Shown here one piece after another: positions 50,730 through 64,000 of a DNA stretch of 64,000 nucleotides. The DNA lies in the NCBI GenBank assembly GCA_903813345.2, contig CAIIXF020000001.1:18848001-18912000 (forward strand). Direction: 5' to 3'. Below the pieces are notes generated by a model. It worked only from the letters and a program-made list of their open reading frames with translations. It had not been told where the DNA came from and made no database searches. Position 1 is the stretch's first letter, and every line of letters begins with the position of its first letter. The translations under genes and the position numbers were made by a program. This stretch comes from Owenia fusiformis. Its lineage: Eukaryota.

Positions 50730-53700
50730 TCAAGTATACATCATTTCAGCCATTGAAGACATACTTTTAGGAATATAAACAAAATCTTCAAAATAATATG
50801 CCAGTTCATCTACAGACATTTCATCTAGCCTTGCTTCTTGTGAACAAGACCTTGTATGTGTCCCCGTAGGACTGTTTCCTGGGCTTTGTCCAATTTCACT
50901 TGGGGTATTGCCAGATGTGTTTACTGCATTGGGAAAGACAAGAGTTGGTTTATTAGATGCTTCATTCAGATCGCAAGATTTTGTTTTGTTGAAATGATCT
51001 TTAGATGCCAGGTTATCTGTAGCAACACTACTGAAATCAGTTGGATTAAAAGATGCACCAAACACACTTGATCTTGGACATATTGAATCTGTAGGACTTT
51101 TTGATTTCTGACGCGACATTGCCAGCTTGCTCGAAAACGGTGCTAATTTGGATTGCTTTGCCTTATGATATTTTAGACGAGCTGATCGAATCACATTACT
51201 CCTGTCCTTTTCCCGGGTTATTTTCAAGCGTGCCTCACGAATGATGCTAGTTTTTGCACTTGGTTCACACTTGCACAACTTTGCATAGTTGAGTTCTGGT
51301 GAAGCGCCAGACGTGATGATAGTTTTGTTACAATGACATGACTTGTTACTGCATTTTTCCTCAGTGAGAGTGAGTTTATCTATGCGTGATAAAGGGTAAG
51401 GGTCTGATTTACGCTTAGCTGTTCCACTCTTTGCCTTGCCTAAAGGTGGAGATAATTCCCTCTTGCTACTAAGTGCTGGCTTCCTGCAAACAAAGACAAA
51501 GTTTAGTATACAAATACATGTATATATTTATATTTAATTTATTTAAACTTATCAGGGAAGTTCTCTGACTTTAAATTGCATGGCCACATTCACTATTCAG
51601 TAGGATATAATGATTTATTCAAATTCAGTAACAACAGGCCTATCAGTTCACAATATTTGAGAAGAAGTACATAAAAATATCAATGATTGCCAAGTTAAAA
51701 TATAGTATTAAATCATTTCATATTCATTAAGATCAACAAAATTTAGATGGATATAAATATTTTTAGAGAAGATATATAGCCACCCATTTAATCTTTTTTA
51801 TATAACAAAACCTGCTATTATTCCCTCTATCATGAAGCAGTTACAATGGCACTACCACATTAACAGTGGAGACGATTAGGTCGTTTAACGTTTATTACGA
51901 CAATTGACGTCATTGTGCGTTAATTGCCAGGTATCGCGTTGATTGACTTACTTCAAATTCAAATTGATTTAGACGTTATTTTCGTTGCATTTCATTTCAG
52001 AAAAATACTTTTTGGTGATATTTATACATACAGATAAGCTTAAATTTTTAATTATTTAGCATGCAGAAGAACATAGCTTCACTTCTTTCTGTTTCAACCA
52101 GGCTTTTAGAAGCAGAAACACTATAGTATAATCATTTGAACAACTGACGATCAAATATCAGGATGGCTTATTTTGCGGTAAACACACGCAAGAGAGGCAT
52201 CTGGGACATGTTTATTACAATTTGGGCAAGATGTTTTTACTTTTATTTGAAGCATTGGATAGATATCTTCAACTTCCATGTGGGAATTGTGTTTTCTATG
52301 ATGCAATATTTTTTTATAAAGCAATAATGAAGACGTTGTCGAAATATGGAGTCGCGACTCCATTAAAAAGTCGCAAGGACTCTATAGCATAATCATCACA
52401 GTCTCATTGCTTCGCCAATGAATTTCTATTATGGACAAATTGTGTTGGTATATTTTATTGAACAAAATTAGATTTCCATATTGATGATGAAATTAAATAC
52501 AACATTTTGAATGTTTCATCCTAGAACGGGCCCGTATCGCCGATTTCTCCCGAGTGCATCTGACTAAAATAAAGTCCACTTCAGAATTTAACGAAATATC
52601 ACAATTAGAAGAAAAAATATAAATTTGTTCTTCATATTTATGATGATAAGAACGTCTTTTATCATGTCCTTGAACAATTTTAATGATTGTTTTTACATTT
52701 AATATGGAATTTAATTTTTTTGAATTTAATTTTTAATTATAGTAATTGCTGAATATACGTAACACTGCGAGTCGGATCCAATTCATAATTTATGATAATG
52801 ATATACAGGTTAAAAGTCAGTAGGTCAGACGATTAGCCAATGAGGGTAGCTCAAGATTTATAAGTATAAACATTTAGAAGCTTTAGATGGGGTCTTCCGG
52901 GGGCCCGGTCCGGGGGTCTTATTCATGTTCTTATTTGCAGCAGAAATCTACTTCGATTTAATAATTAATCAATCTTTTAATCAGTATATCGCAAATATGT
53001 ACTACTAGTTGAACATCACATGTCATATGTTAAAAATTGTCACCTCAATTCACGGGCTTTAATCTAGTAAAGGCTAAAAAGACAAACTATCTGGGGAGTG
53101 CAGATAGTATCTAGCCGATATCGTTCTTGAAAGAGGTCCGTGATTTCAAGACGTAAGTCTGCCAGTTATGAATCGAAATACGCGTAAATAAATTATACAG
53201 CTGTTTATAATTTATAATAGACGCTTTTTATCTATTCTCACAATTTCAAACATTGACAATTTCATGAAGAAGTACTAATGAGGTAGGTACATTTCGGCCA
53301 GTTACCTTGGTAATGGGCGATAATAAAAATACGACCTAGCCCGTACGACAATCAACGTTCCCACACGTTGATTATACGATTACACATCAATTGACGCATC
53401 AATTGATTACACATGCGCAATTGAAAAACATAGAACGTCAATTAACGTAGTATCCGTCAATCAAATACAATGACGTTAATTGACGGGATAAACGTTAAAT
53501 GACCTAATCGTCTCCACTGATTAATATTTGACAATTTCCTCTTTTAAAAGTAATATTCATCTCCTTTCTGACATGAACTGTATATTTTGAATATTACTGT
53601 ACAGGCCCGTAGCCAGGATTTACCAGGGGGGCGGCTTTACCAAGGGAGGAGTTTTTGCCGAGGGGAGGAGCTTTTTGACAGTTTTGGTAAAAAATCATGC

Positions 53701-54427
53701 AAAAAATGCTCAGAATGATGAAGAACTAGATGATTTTGAAAGAATTTCTGGCCAGGGGGGGTGCGCTCTCTCCAGCCCCTCCCCTGGCTACAGGCCTGCT
53801 ATATACTCACTTTGTGTGTCTTGTCCATGGAGTAACAGGATCGTGTTCACTCTCTTCGAACAGCCTTGGCTTTTTCCTGGAAACATAAAGAAAGTCCTTC
53901 TCCTAAACTGTAGTAAATGGAATACAATGGATATGAACATTTAACTTTTTGCAATCCAGATCTAATAAGTTGATGATTTGCATGTATTACAGGTAGGTTA
54001 TTTTTTTAAGTTAATTATTGAGGAAATCTAATGGCAGTGCACGTACATGAATTGACACCTGACCATCACTTAGTAAGTAAAGCACTAACAATACTTTTGA
54101 ATAATAAGTAATAATAATTGTCCTCCCCATAATTGAAAAAGAGGGCTGCACCAACTTGAAAATCAATTTCTTCCCAGTTGAGAAAGTTGTTAAACAATGT
54201 GTAAAATAAGAATATTATGACCAGTTTTTGAGAGTCAATCTGGTTGATAAGAATTTTACAGGTTGGGATGAAATCAGCGAAAGAACAAAGTATATTCTGA
54301 ACTTAGTCTTTACTTACCATTCTGTGTCTACCTTGAGCTGTTTGAAGGCACTTTGTAGAACACTATCACAATCTTTTTCCTCAGCAACATCAGTTGATTT
54401 ACCCATGTTCCTGCTTTTTTGTTTCAT
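50730..54427 (-). CDS. OSER1: Oxidative stress-responsive serine-rich protein 1, 3 coding exons
   Basis: Exons 54427 (or ATG 54406)-54318, 53876-53811, 51483-50730. N-terminal LQSAFKQLKVD and C-terminal SCSQEARLDEMSVDELAYYFEDFVYIPKSMSSMAEMMYT* match the two conserved OSER1 blocks. Confidence 0.92.
51864..53519. mobile_element. Non-autonomous DNA transposon, CAG..CTG termini, 5-bp TSD, in an OSER1 intron
   Basis: ATTAA|CAGTGGAGACGATTAGGTCgTTTAACGTTTAT...ATAAACGTTAAAtGACCTAATCGTCTCCACTG|ATTAA; TIR ~60 bp. Confidence 0.85.
53602..53798. mobile_element. Short GC-rich hAT-like MITE
   Basis: CAGGCCCGTAGCCAGG ... CCTGGCTACAGGCCTG; no clean TSD. Confidence 0.6.
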
Positions 54428-56834
54428 ACAGCATTACTGAAATATAATCAAGATAAAAATCTAAATTATTCACCAAGTTGCTCCCAATTAATGCAGTGCT
54501 CTCCCCACATTGAAATCTCTGAGGCGCAGCACCTCCATGTATTTTGTAAAACAAAATGCTCCTCAATGCAATTAGATGCGCCTCAAAAAATGTTACAATA
54601 AAGAATAAGAAAATTCAAATATGTTGCACAAAAATTACAAAATTGTAAAATGGAGCACAAAAACTACAAAATCATAATATGTTACACAAAAACTTACAAA
54701 ATACTAAAATGTTGCACTCATAAAACAACAAAATCCTCCAAATATAAAAATCCTGGGGAGAGCACAGAGGTTATCAAAAGTTTTATTTTGCTTTGATTTT
54801 GTGACCTGTGGTGTTGCAAGCACATCCAAACATTAAATTGATATAATTTTCAAAAATCTATGGAGATTTGCTGATTTAGAGAACTTTGTGTCGACTCTCA
54901 ACCATCAAAAATCACGAAATATAGGAAGAAATATCTGCGGTAGGATTTAGCATTAAAAGTTTAGTTGATAGTTTCCCCACACATGTGTTAATTAATATGT
55001 GCAATCAAACCAATGAACTATTGAACTTGTCAAGATTTTACAATCACGTGAAACCAGTGTGAGACAAGAACCAATCAGTTGTTTATCACGAAGTTGCCAT
55101 GCTCACGATAAACCATCTGTCCGCCGCAGTGATATGTTGAAGACTAGCACTACAGGTTGCAATTGTTTCCCCAGATGGGCTCACAGATCCGGAGCCAAAT
55201 CCAGTCCTATTGGTAGTAGGCTCAAAGGATAAATGGGAAGATAAGACAAAAATGGTACATCAAAAAAATGACCACCCAAAAATATGACCCTCGTACTGAC
55301 CTTTACTTTTTCCATCTGTCAGACATTGATTGATCAATATTTACCCTGTAATCTCTACTTTATGTATTAGTTTGAATGGTTGCATGATATCAATCACACT
55401 GTTAATCGAATTTTCCCGGGACATTTATTTCAAATTTTCAGAATGTAAAGATAATGGAGTGCTTCAGTAATTTCCAGCAATGTCCGATGTTGTTCGTCTC
55501 TCAAATTACGTCACTATTAGCAACAAGTAGCCAATGAAAGTAAAGATCGTGTAGCCTAACAAACCGTTGTTATTGTTTCTACAGGCTTTTAAAGATACGT
55601 CATGGGGTTTCTCGGTAATCTCTGATGTGACGTCATCCGGAGTGGCGTCATATTCACAGAAAAGACATTTGACTTCGGGAATAAACATTGGAACAACGGA
55701 AATAGCCGAAGCACTCCATTAAATATACGCTAGCTTATTTTATGCTTTTTTCAACAGACGCTTTCTTGAATGTGTGGCTTTACAACAGTACGCATCGTTT
55801 GAGGTATGACATGTGATATTTAATGATAAACTGACTCCAAAATCAAGGAAATATACATTTTCCGAAGATTTCGTGTCTTATCCTTGAGTGTATTTATCAG
55901 TTTATTGAGCCTAGACACCATAGAGGTAATCTGGCAGAGGTCCGTGGACGGGCTAATGAAGATGGCAACTCTTATAACAAAGTTCATGTGTTAAATCCAT
56001 AGATCCCGGCCAGATTCTTTTGTAGTAGAATCAGTAGTCTAGCTCAATAATATTTCCTCAAGATGAGACACCTCAGAAAATTTCAAATTTTAAAATGACG
56101 ATTCTGGAGCCATTTCTGAAAAACATGAGACAAATCATACCTCATTCGAAGGGTCTTGTTATTCTTTACCTTTTTTATCACCAATGGCCGTTATTCAAGC
56201 AATACTGCGTTGATAAGAGGCCAAAACAGTGATATTTTATCGCCGGACTCTTGTCTGTCCAAATCTGAATGTTGCTCCCGTGGTTCCAGAAATGTGACGT
56301 CATCATTACAATGATATTTGGACACACAAGAGTCCGGATTTCGTGAAAAATATTCGCCGTATTGAAAGTCAAATAACTGCATCCATAGGTTATTTACTCG
56401 AACCAAACAAGTAGAAATAGAAAGATGAAGATCTCAGCTATAAAATAAGTGCAAAATCTGTCACGGGGAAACAGGTAGCTCTACCATTTTGTATAAGGAA
56501 CGTTTTGAAAGGTGGTCACTTTTTTTTCGAAATTTTCCAATTTAGTGTCGTATCTTCTATATTATTCTTTGAGCCTATGATCCTACTACAAAACGATCTG
56601 GCCAATATCTGTGGTTAAATCTGTGATTCACAAGTTATTTTTAATTTTTCATCAAAATTGACCTGTTTTTTCCAGAATCATGATCGCGTGAGAAATTCAA
56701 AGACCAATAACTTTCAAGATTACGCATAAAAAGTTAGAAAAATGATTCAGTTTGAAATTATATTATGTGGAAATGTGTTTGGTATGTACTTTATTCATTC
56801 ACTTTCGCTATTTGTTAAGATATCGGGGAAGAAG

Positions 56835-56895
56835 TACTCACTATTTTTTGTTTTCTTCTGACGCCATGGCCGCCATATTATCTACTGACGTCATT
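56835..56895 (-). promoter_or_regulatory. Putative OSER1 transcription start and first exon
   Basis: On the minus strand: CRE TGACGTCA (56886-56893), YY1-type AATATGGCGGCC, then a strong donor TA|GTGAGT at 56842/56841. A good acceptor lies at 54438-54437, just upstream of the CDS. Confidence 0.55.
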
Positions 56896-57526
56896 ACACT
56901 AGACGAAACACAATTTCCCCGGGAATATGAGTATGCTTATGACCTTATCATCAGGCTTATCATACACCCTTGATTTTTTTCAGTCAGTCTGGTGAGTCAT
57001 AAAGTAAAATACTGTACAGTACATGCAGTCCAATGACAGATACTTTTCCCAAAGGGGTGCCCACAAAGGGGGAGGACCCCTTCATACTATGGAATGGAGT
57101 TGAATTACTATTCACAAGATTTTTTGGTCAGTAAGCCCCCCCCCCTCTCTGTATGAGCCTATATGGCTATTTGCAAAGTACATCTACCTAATGTCATCTT
57201 CAGGTCATTTTGGTCAACAACATGCTGCACCTTAACCTTTACATCGTCATTTTTTGGTTTATTTGATCTAATAAGCCACTGTAACAGACATTGTTGCTTA
57301 GTATCCCATTGATTTATTGCCTGATAACACTGGGGACAAACGTTTTGCAAAACACGTAATGCAATGGCGTCCCAGGTAATAACAATTTTGATAATTGATC
57401 ATTCTAGAATAGCATGTCAGCAGCTTGAGTTTTTTACATCAAGGGTTACTGTCTGTAAAATCCCAGTGGCCGAGGTCATCTCTTGATCACCCTGGAGGTG
57501 CATGTCACAGACCAAAAAAGATTTAA

Positions 57527-58517
57527 AGTGCCTGATAAACTATAAAATGCGCATGCGTCCAGGTGTTGATAAACTATAAATAGCGAAAACCCAGGGTTTG
57601 TCATCACAAGGTAAGCCAGGACGTGTTGAGCAAACATCTAGTGTTGATATTGAATTTACATGTAGCCAGATAAGTTTCCTTATTGAAATTACATATAGTT
57701 ATTAGCAATACTTTGTAGGTAATAATTAATAAAATATGAGTATACAAATATGAGAGAAATTGGCCATTTCGAACCTGTTGAAAGTTTGTGGCTCTCGGCT
57801 ACACCGGGGAATTTACTTCCATGAGTACAGACACAAATGTGGGGCTCCCCAAGAGGTACGCGAGAAGGTGACCTGGCATCAAATGTACGACTAAATGCTT
57901 CTATCGAGTAGATAAAAGAACGAATACGACAATAAGTTATTGCAAACGACAATTCCGAGCATTCATCTCAATGAAGTATTTTGAAGCTGTGAAGAAAATA
58001 TGATTTTTGTTTTGAAACATGGATTCAGATGAACGTAACTTCATTCTGACAACTAATCAAAACTGAACAAAATTGATTATACGTAACAGACGATTTATTG
58101 TTTTATAATGTTTTGATCGGCTAAACGAATGAAACCAAGAAATTATGACATGTAAAATGGCAATTTTGAAATGTAAAATTTAAAAGTGACAAACACAACC
58201 TCCCTATCCACTCTTTATGAGCCCTAATATGTACATGCAGTAGTGTACAGCTTATTATCACACTACTGGGCTTTGTATTCTAAAGCTTGTTGTTTTTAAT
58301 AACAAGTACTGTTGCACTCGACGTAAATGTTTTGTGTGTGCGCAGTCAACGATAATCCTTGTTTTATCCCGGTTATATGACCTCGGCAATTATAACAAAA
58401 CCGTACTAAACGAAAAAAACGCAAATAAGAGAAAGCTTTCACACACATATAAAAAATGAACTAGTCTAATCCGCCAGTATAAACTCTGTTATATACGTAG
58501 CCAGGTCGGGCGCACAC
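57527..58517. mobile_element. TTAA-flanked (Kolobok-like) element related to 21251-21751
   Basis: TTAA|AGTG...GGCGCACAC|TTAA. Shares AGGTAAGCCAGG, TATACGTAGCC and the GTGTGCGCC end motif with the insert at 21251. Confidence 0.45.
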
Positions 58518-58694
58518 TTAACTACCTTCCTCCAGGAATAATAATATTTGTTGTGTAGAATGTGAAAGTTTTCAGTTGCTATCTCATTTCTAGTGTTCAT
58601 TTTTAAGAAAGGGGTAATGAAGACTAGATACAAGTGGAGAGTAAGTTTCTAAAAAATTTTGATCGAAAAATTCTCACAATTAATTCTTATTTTG

Positions 58695-58866
58695 GACAAA
58701 GCATTAATATGCAAAATGCCATCACCAGCCATTTGTAACAGTCGCAAACCGCTGAATGCCAAACAGCAACCACTGAACACCATTCCAAACACAAATTACC
58801 GAACACTGTCAACAAAAAAAATTGGAGACTATAACAATATGTCATCACTTGTGGTGGTGACATAAA
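58695..58866 (+). mobile_element. Short HINE-like dispersed repeat just downstream of the PIGW stop
   Basis: ACAAAGCATTAATATGCAAAATG...GGAGACTATAACAATATGTCATCACTTGTGGTGGTGACATAAA. Confidence 0.65.
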
Positions 58867-59016
58867 GAAAAAAACTGAAACATTGGCATAATTCTTATTT
58901 GTCTAGATTGAGCGTAAGGACTCACTATTAAAATTATCCAAAAATGGATATTTATTGGTTTTAAAATACAATTAAAAGTACAACTAACAGTAATTCATAG
59001 TCTGTTTTATGGTTTT

Positions 59017-62000
59017 TTACCAGAATTTCACTGTAATATTAAACGTATGAAGAAACACTGAGACAGCAGAGAGCAGAAACATATAAGCTGTTATCACCAT
59101 AAATGCAGGAATGTCCGCCATAAATAATGTTTTAATTGAAAAATTCACTGCCCCAGTAAGGAGATTGGCTAATAGGAAATAAAAGAGTCCATTTCGGTTG
59201 ATGGCTGTGAGCAGACACTGTTCATCTAAAATATGTTTCTCATCTATTGCTACATCCCCAGCATTCTTTCCTGGAAACAGATGCAAAATAATCTTATTAA
59301 ATTGCCAAGTTTCGAGTATTCAATCAGAATAAAGTAAAGACTAACTCATAGGGTGCATAATTAACTCAAATTCTTGTTTTATGGGCCAGGTCAAAATGGA
59401 CTAAACAGATATATTTAACAGATATTTTACCAAAATGCATATATAGACAGGATTCCAAAAGGTGATAAACGTTACATAACTTTTTTAAGATGGCCACTGT
59501 TTCAGAAATTGTGAGAATATGATATATTAACTAGTCACATTAAAAAATCTGATGACCCACCTGAAGCTGTAAGTGTTGGATCTGGAATGGTTATCTGGTA
59601 TATGAGATCTGCTAGTAAGAAGCTGCCAAGAGACTGAAGGTTGTACGATACCTGTAATAAGTCAAGTAAGACTGATTGGATATAGGAGTATTCCATGCAA
59701 ACATTTTGTAGTCTTTATATGGTTCAAGACATTTTCAGTAAAATAGAGCATCGGTCAATGAGTTACATTAATAATCATTTCAATATTGGGGTGGAATATT
59801 CATTTAATTACTACAATGTAGAATGCAAACATACCTAAACCATTGAGCTAAGCTCTTCTTTCAGAATCAAAATCATGTTTTAACACATCACTAAAACACA
59901 TTACCATAATACCCACTATTATATCAGCATATTTTATATAGTACATATATGTTTGAAATGTGCATGTGCATTCCGTACATATTGCTTTCAAATTCCGAAA
60001 CTTTTAACAACACTAATTGCCTTGTCTGGACCATCCAATGTTTGTCTAGTGTAATTTCATAGCCACTGCTCAAATAAAAATCAGAAGCCTGAAATAAAAT
60101 ACTAACCATCCAGATGACAAATGATATATTTGCCATCCTCCTAGAGATTGGCTCTATGTGTCTGTCACATACAAAATACAACCCCCAACTAAGGAGGTCA
60201 AGTAGAACAATCTCCAACAGCAGCCACAGCCAATCCTTTAGACGCTCTCTGCAACAATGTAATGTTTTCATTCATTTTAGCATGCACTATCTTTAAAAGC
60301 ATTAGATAAACCATGGGCTTTCAACTAGATAATTGAAAGACCGTGGATAAACCAATCATCCCACAAGCACATAATTAATGCATCGGTGCATTTCAAATAT
60401 TTTGCATTTGTTTTATTCTGAGATGAAACTGATATACGTTTGCAATAACTTATTGTACTTCTTTGCATTGACTTGAATTCAGCATGACTTGTGAATGATA
60501 TTTCTATTAATTTTACACCGGATCATACATTGTTTAACACTAAAAATGTGATCTGGCTAAGAGTATTAAGCAATGATACATATTAAATAATTTCACCTTG
60601 GCTTGAAGATATGTCTTCCAATCTGAACTCCGATGCAGTAGATAGCTAGGTAACCTAGACATGATGAGATACCTTCCCTGTTAGCATTCAAAAATCCTTC
60701 TCTGGAGTCTGAGCCATCACTTCCATGCAGGATGATGTTACGGAGGCCAGTGAACTCCAAACAGTACTGATAGACACATGTAATGAGAATGCCTAGAACT
60801 CCACTCCACACTGGAGAGAACAAAGTAAACACAACAGTGGATAAAACCTGAAAAGAGAAATACTGGCTGTCACTTGGAATTTATATTGAACTACTGTCTA
60901 TATAGTAATGAGTTGACAGTATTTAGAATAGATCATGATGTACTGACTTAATTCTCGAAATCGTTGTTCCCTCTTCAAAAGAGAAGACGCGAAAATCTTT
61001 CCTTATAAGGGCAAAATATTTCCCATGATGCAGTTCGCGGAGGAACAAATTTATACTTCCTTATTTTCCCTCATAGGTTTAACATGGGGATTTTCACACC
61101 TATTTTTCAAACGATATATTCGTTCATATTCCCGTACGAGAGTACTGAAAAAATTATTAGAAACGATTGATCTCTCATTAATCTTAATATAACAGCTATT
61201 TTTTTCATTGTATTAATTCATAGCGTGGTGAAAACGATGATTGAAAAGTGAGAAAATATTCCGGAAGAGAAGGTCACGTGATCAGTAGACTAGTCGCCAT
61301 ATTGGAAAAAACAATTCCATTCGACTTTCAATACTTTCATGCCAATCTTACCGCACTACAAACTGCGACATCGATGCAACAACTGAATAAAAGTATTCAT
61401 CTTCAAATTACATTATAGAGTTACGTTGAAAACCCACAAACAACTGAGCAGTAGACCAAAGAAGACGCGTCGCTATTATATAGGTCAATCTGTTAGTGGT
61501 CCGAAAGAAAATCTATAGTACTCGTTTCCAAATTTTGTTGTTCATTGTACAATCTTTTATTGATTAAACTCGGTATACTGACTATTAAAACAATGACAAA
61601 GAAGAATACTTACGATGGTGTCATTGTTTTATTTAGCGTGCGGGTGTAAAAACAAAATTGAGTAATTAGTTTGATTTAGAACTTTCGTGTCACGCAAATA
61701 GCTACGCGAAATGCATAGTGGGAAAATATTGACCAATCAAATTTTGTCCTTTTTGAGTGCTTTTTCAGTGCATATTTGCGAACGTTCTGATTCAAAGAGC
61801 GAACCGCGAAAAGGAGAATTCTTAGCAGTCTAAACTACTTCCTTGAACTTGAACCTGTGGCCTCCTTTTTTCATTGGACAAATTGAGCATACATACTAGG
61901 CTTATTCATAAGGAGATACTGGGAAAGGCAAATGGAAAAAAGACTGTGCTATTACAGAATTAGAAAATCAAGTCAAAATATTATCACATTTTAGGGTTTC

Positions 62001-63540
62001 TGAGAGATTAGAGATATTTTTCAGTCTTGGTGTGTACAATCACAAAATCAACTAGAAGTGGCTACTACAGTACCTTTACAACAGCCAATGTAAAGAAAAA
62101 GTTCCAATGGACCCCATATTCTGATACATGTTCCTGGTAATCTGTTGACTTCACTGACAACAATCTCACCAAGCCCAGAAGTATCAATGGACTGCATGAC
62201 TTGATGGACCTCAGCAAACTTGATAATGCTGACCCCACTGAACTGAAATAAGAGATGAACATGTACATGAAAAAAAACATCAAGCGTTTGCTTTGAATGG
62301 CAACTTCATGACATGATCTAAGGAAATTTAAGATGACAAACACTCTTGAAAATTTAGATTAGACATCGAAGAACAATTATGTAAATAAGCTGTGGTAATA
62401 AAATTCAAATTGTTAAAAATCATTAATTGACGGAACTACATTATAGCCAATTTTACATGTTATAGATGATTCGAAGTACACATTGATTGTTATTTTTTTC
62501 TTAAAGTTAAATTCCCTGGTTAAACTGCTGTTTAATATTGCCTCAAATAATAACAAATGAAAAGAGTACATTAATTTGAACAAGCACCTACCTATGTTGG
62601 TCATGTTTTCCTTTGGCTTCCCTGCTAACAATGGCGTTAGATATCACAAAAGCTCCGACTCCGACATCCATTAATCCACTTCCATATGTTTCTACTTTGG
62701 CAAATCTCCGTGGGTATATTCTAAAATCCACTGCTAGAATTGATATGGCAGTAGCAATGTTTACATAAGCCCTAAAGCCTGAGATGAAGGGCCTGTGTGC
62801 TGACAATTTCTTATTTAGAATGTCCAAAGTATTTGTGATTGTTCCTCCATTCTTAGAAGTCTTGTAACTTGTGATGGAGCGGGAAGCTATGAGTATTCCT
62901 AATATGAACATGAGCAATGTTGTAAGAATCTGTGTTGTGTGGTCTGCCAGCAGAGTGAAGCATAGCTGAACTGGGAGGATTAGCATGGAGAAGTCAAACA
63001 ACAGCTTCAATCTAAAAATGATATGTAATGTTGCCGATTATATAAATGTACTATAATATGAACAATTATATACTTTCTTTTACTTTAAAACTTATCATGA
63101 TATTAAGTTTATAAAAACACAGTATAATAATTTGTCACCACTTCGTGGTGGTGATATTGAAAGAAATGGTAGAATTGGCTGATTGTTTCTGAAAAATGTT
63201 TTGAAGAATATAGTATTATTAAAGCTATCATGATTATTGTATGCATGCGTGTATATATGTACTCATATAAGGATTGGCATTTTCACAGCTACTGTAGGGC
63301 TGCATATTACATCAGCTTCCAATTATTTCCTCATCAAAAACACTTGTAGAACATTTAAAAAACTTACCCTATAAATGTTTCTGATAGCTGTGATATTCCA
63401 AACCATGCAGATGCAACATCTCTTAGTAGAACAGCAATTGGAGCAGTTGTAACAACCAGGGCAATCTCCCCTACACTTGTTCCAGTACAGTTACTCACAA
63501 ACTCCTCCTTCAATTGCTTGTATAGTGCAGCATCAGCCAT
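59017..63540 (-). CDS. PIGW: GPI inositol acyltransferase PIG-W (GWT1 family), 7 coding exons, 499 aa
   Basis: Exons 63540-63368, 63011-62592, 62242-62074, 60847-60597, 60248-60107, 59651-59561, 59270-59017 (1500 nt). Motifs: [91 protein letters not shown]. Confidence 0.96.
60940..61832. mobile_element. Degenerate TIR element in PIGW intron 3
   Basis: CpG-rich block with imperfect inverted ends: AATTCTC..CTCTTCAA / TTCAAAGAG..GAGAATT and AATATTTCCCATGATGCAGTTCGCG / CGCGAAATGCATAGTGGGAAAATATT. Confidence 0.5.
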
Positions 63541-64000
63541 ATTGAGTTAAAGATGATAGTTTAACTTTGAGCCTTTTGCATTATTCTTTTTCTGATATCT
63601 AAAAAAAGTATATAACATGTACAAGGTATGTTCAAGCCTTAAGAATCACTTCATTGAAAGATATAGGAATTGATGTCATTCATTTCCATAGATGACTTTT
63701 TATTTGTTTGGCTATTGACATCAATTCTAATGAAACTCATCATGAGTCAAGTGTGTCAATCTTTTACAGAGATAAATTGTTGCAGAGCGAGTCATTTAGC
63801 CTGTGCATCAATCAAACCTAAAAATAAGCAATCAAAATACCACAGTAAAATTAAAAGTAGATGGAAAAATACATTCATATTTTCAATGCAAAACATTTGC
63901 ATATTTTGGATTGCCTGTGGTTTTGCTAACATATGAGTGATCTATTATATTTTTCTTTTTTCTTTTCATAAACTTTGCCCAGTTTAAGCAGTTTCACTTT

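Overview
AT-rich, intron-containing animal DNA, probably from a marine invertebrate (inferred from the repeat types). Five spliced protein-coding genes can be rebuilt with GT-AG introns and consistent phases: a clan-2 cytochrome P450 (+, 7 exons, 495 aa, 12-kb intron 3); a 432-aa protein with a C-terminal small-vasohibin-binding-protein (SVBP/CCDC23) motif (+); and LAPTM4, OSER1 and PIGW (all -). Introns and intergenic DNA are dense with non-autonomous DNA transposons identified by their termini and target-site duplications (TSDs). These include a 4.4-kb near-palindromic Academ-type foldback element with a minisatellite that switches strand, AcademH-type elements with 9-bp TSDs (one only 64 bp), 5-bp-TSD elements, TTAA- and TA-flanked MITEs, and Helentron-associated elements carrying satellite arrays. 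I found no autonomous transposase, RNA gene or CRISPR array. The most notable points are the long SVBP-motif protein, the foldback element, a non-canonical P450 I-helix (PGINTT), a TM3 Asp-to-Ala change in LAPTM4 and a uORF-laden OSER1 leader. Family assignments are from motif recognition by eye, not database searches.
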